Below are positions 63,304-64,000 of a stretch of DNA of 64,000 bases, piece after piece. Position 1 is the first letter of the stretch. Each line of letters begins with the position of its first letter. The translations under genes were made by a program, and so were the position numbers. The stretch spans positions 32,001 to 96,000 of the IMG/VR virus record IMGVR_UViG_3300023218_000040. One strand, 5' to 3'. The DNA comes from a virus. Its lineage: Duplodnaviria > Caudoviricetes. Under the pieces are notes generated by a model. The model searched no databases. It had not been told where the DNA came from and saw only the letters and a program-made list of their open reading frames with translations.

Positions 63304-64000
63304 TGGCAAATCTACAACGACAAAATACACTATTCGTCTCTGAAGACTGGATCCGTATCTACGAGGCTATTCAAAACGTAGAATTCCGAGCCTACGATTT
63401 CGATAACCTCACTGATGCTATTCTCAACCATCTTCGGGATGTTTTTCCTGAAGAATTCAACGACTGGATTGCGTCCTCAGAATTCATTATGAAAGTTGAG
63501 GTTCTAGCTTGGTTAAGCCAGAACATCAGCTTTAGAATTGACCTTAACACACGTGAGAACTTCTTGGCAACAGCCGAGCGCCGTGATTCTCTTATCCGCC
63601 TAGCCCAGAACGTTTCCTATAAAGTCTCCCGTGTACGTGGGGCCGCAGGACGTGTTCGCCTGGAAAGCGTTCGCACCAACCAGATTTTATTCGACAGTAA
63701 CAACATTGCTCTTCAGGATCGTGAGATAAACTGGAATGACCCTCGAAATGAAGATTGGTTTGAGCAGTTTATTACAGTGATGAATGCAGCTTTCTCGACC
63801 AGGACTCAGTTTGGTCGTCCTCTGATCAGGGTTCAGGATGGCAACAGTCGAACCGAGCAGTACGTATTCAACGGACAGGCTCCATCAAGTGGCGTATTTT
63901 CATTCAGCACTGCCGTCAATGGCATTGAGCTTCCGTTTGATATCATCAACTCTCGGGTGAACAAAACCACCGGGGAGTTCGAAGAGCTTAGCCCATCCGC
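63303..64000 (+). CDS. gp6: Baseplate wedge subunit, gp6-like (3' end runs off window)
   Basis: Manual translation: AYDFDNL...PEEFNDWIASSEF...LAWL...ENFLATAERRDSLIRLA..VSY; TAATG coupling to gp25. Confidence 0.9.
   Translation, partial: MANLQRQNTLFVSEDWIRIYEAIQNVEFRAYDFDNLTDAILNHLRDVFPEEFNDWIASSEFIMKVEVLAWLSQNISFRIDLNTRENFLATAERRDSLIRLAQNVSYKVSRVRGAAGRVRLESVRTNQILFDSNNIALQDREINWNDPRNEDWFEQFITVMNAAFSTRTQFGRPLIRVQDGNSRTEQYVFNGQAPSSGVFSFSTAVNGIELPFDIINSRVNKTTGEFEELSPS

Noticed and set aside
1-64000. Stop-codon reassignment, as in some jumbo phages
   Set aside because: Conserved genes are full length under code 11, and TAA, TAG and TGA all end genes at expected positions.
1-64000. IS elements, transposases, integrase, rRNA, cas genes
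   Set aside because: No DDE, Y1, tyrosine/serine recombinase, rRNA or Cas motifs recognised; mobile content is endonucleases and inteins only.

Overview
64 kb of a large (probably jumbo) contractile-tailed dsDNA phage with a T4-like virion and late-expression gene set, read in standard code 11. It carries tail sheath (partial), gp15/gp14/gp13-like neck and terminator genes, a fibre cluster, major capsid, scaffold, protease and portal, a tape-measure-like gene and a gp26-like hub chaperone. It also has a nucleotide/recombination block (ThyX, 2OG-Fe(II) oxygenase, dNMP kinase, RuvC, gp46, gp47, gp55), baseplate genes (gp53, hub, gp5-lysozyme, gp25, gp6 partial) and an RpoH-like sigma factor. 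Mobile genetic elements are dense. Eight free-standing endonuclease genes or remnants are present, four of them Zn-ribbon/PD-(D/E)XK/Mom-like GNAT fusions. Four inteins are present: two in ThyX, a class-3 intein in gp46, and one in the late sigma factor gp55. A TAAATA late-promoter motif precedes nearly every virion gene. Two U-run -1 frameshift candidates sit in tail-assembly genes. The strongest candidates for new biology are the nuclease-acyltransferase selfish elements, the intein-gated late sigma factor, the dNMP kinase/oxygenase/ThyX operon and the hidden frameshift ORF. All family assignments come from motif recognition by eye; no database search was run. No tRNA, rRNA, CRISPR array or transposase was found.
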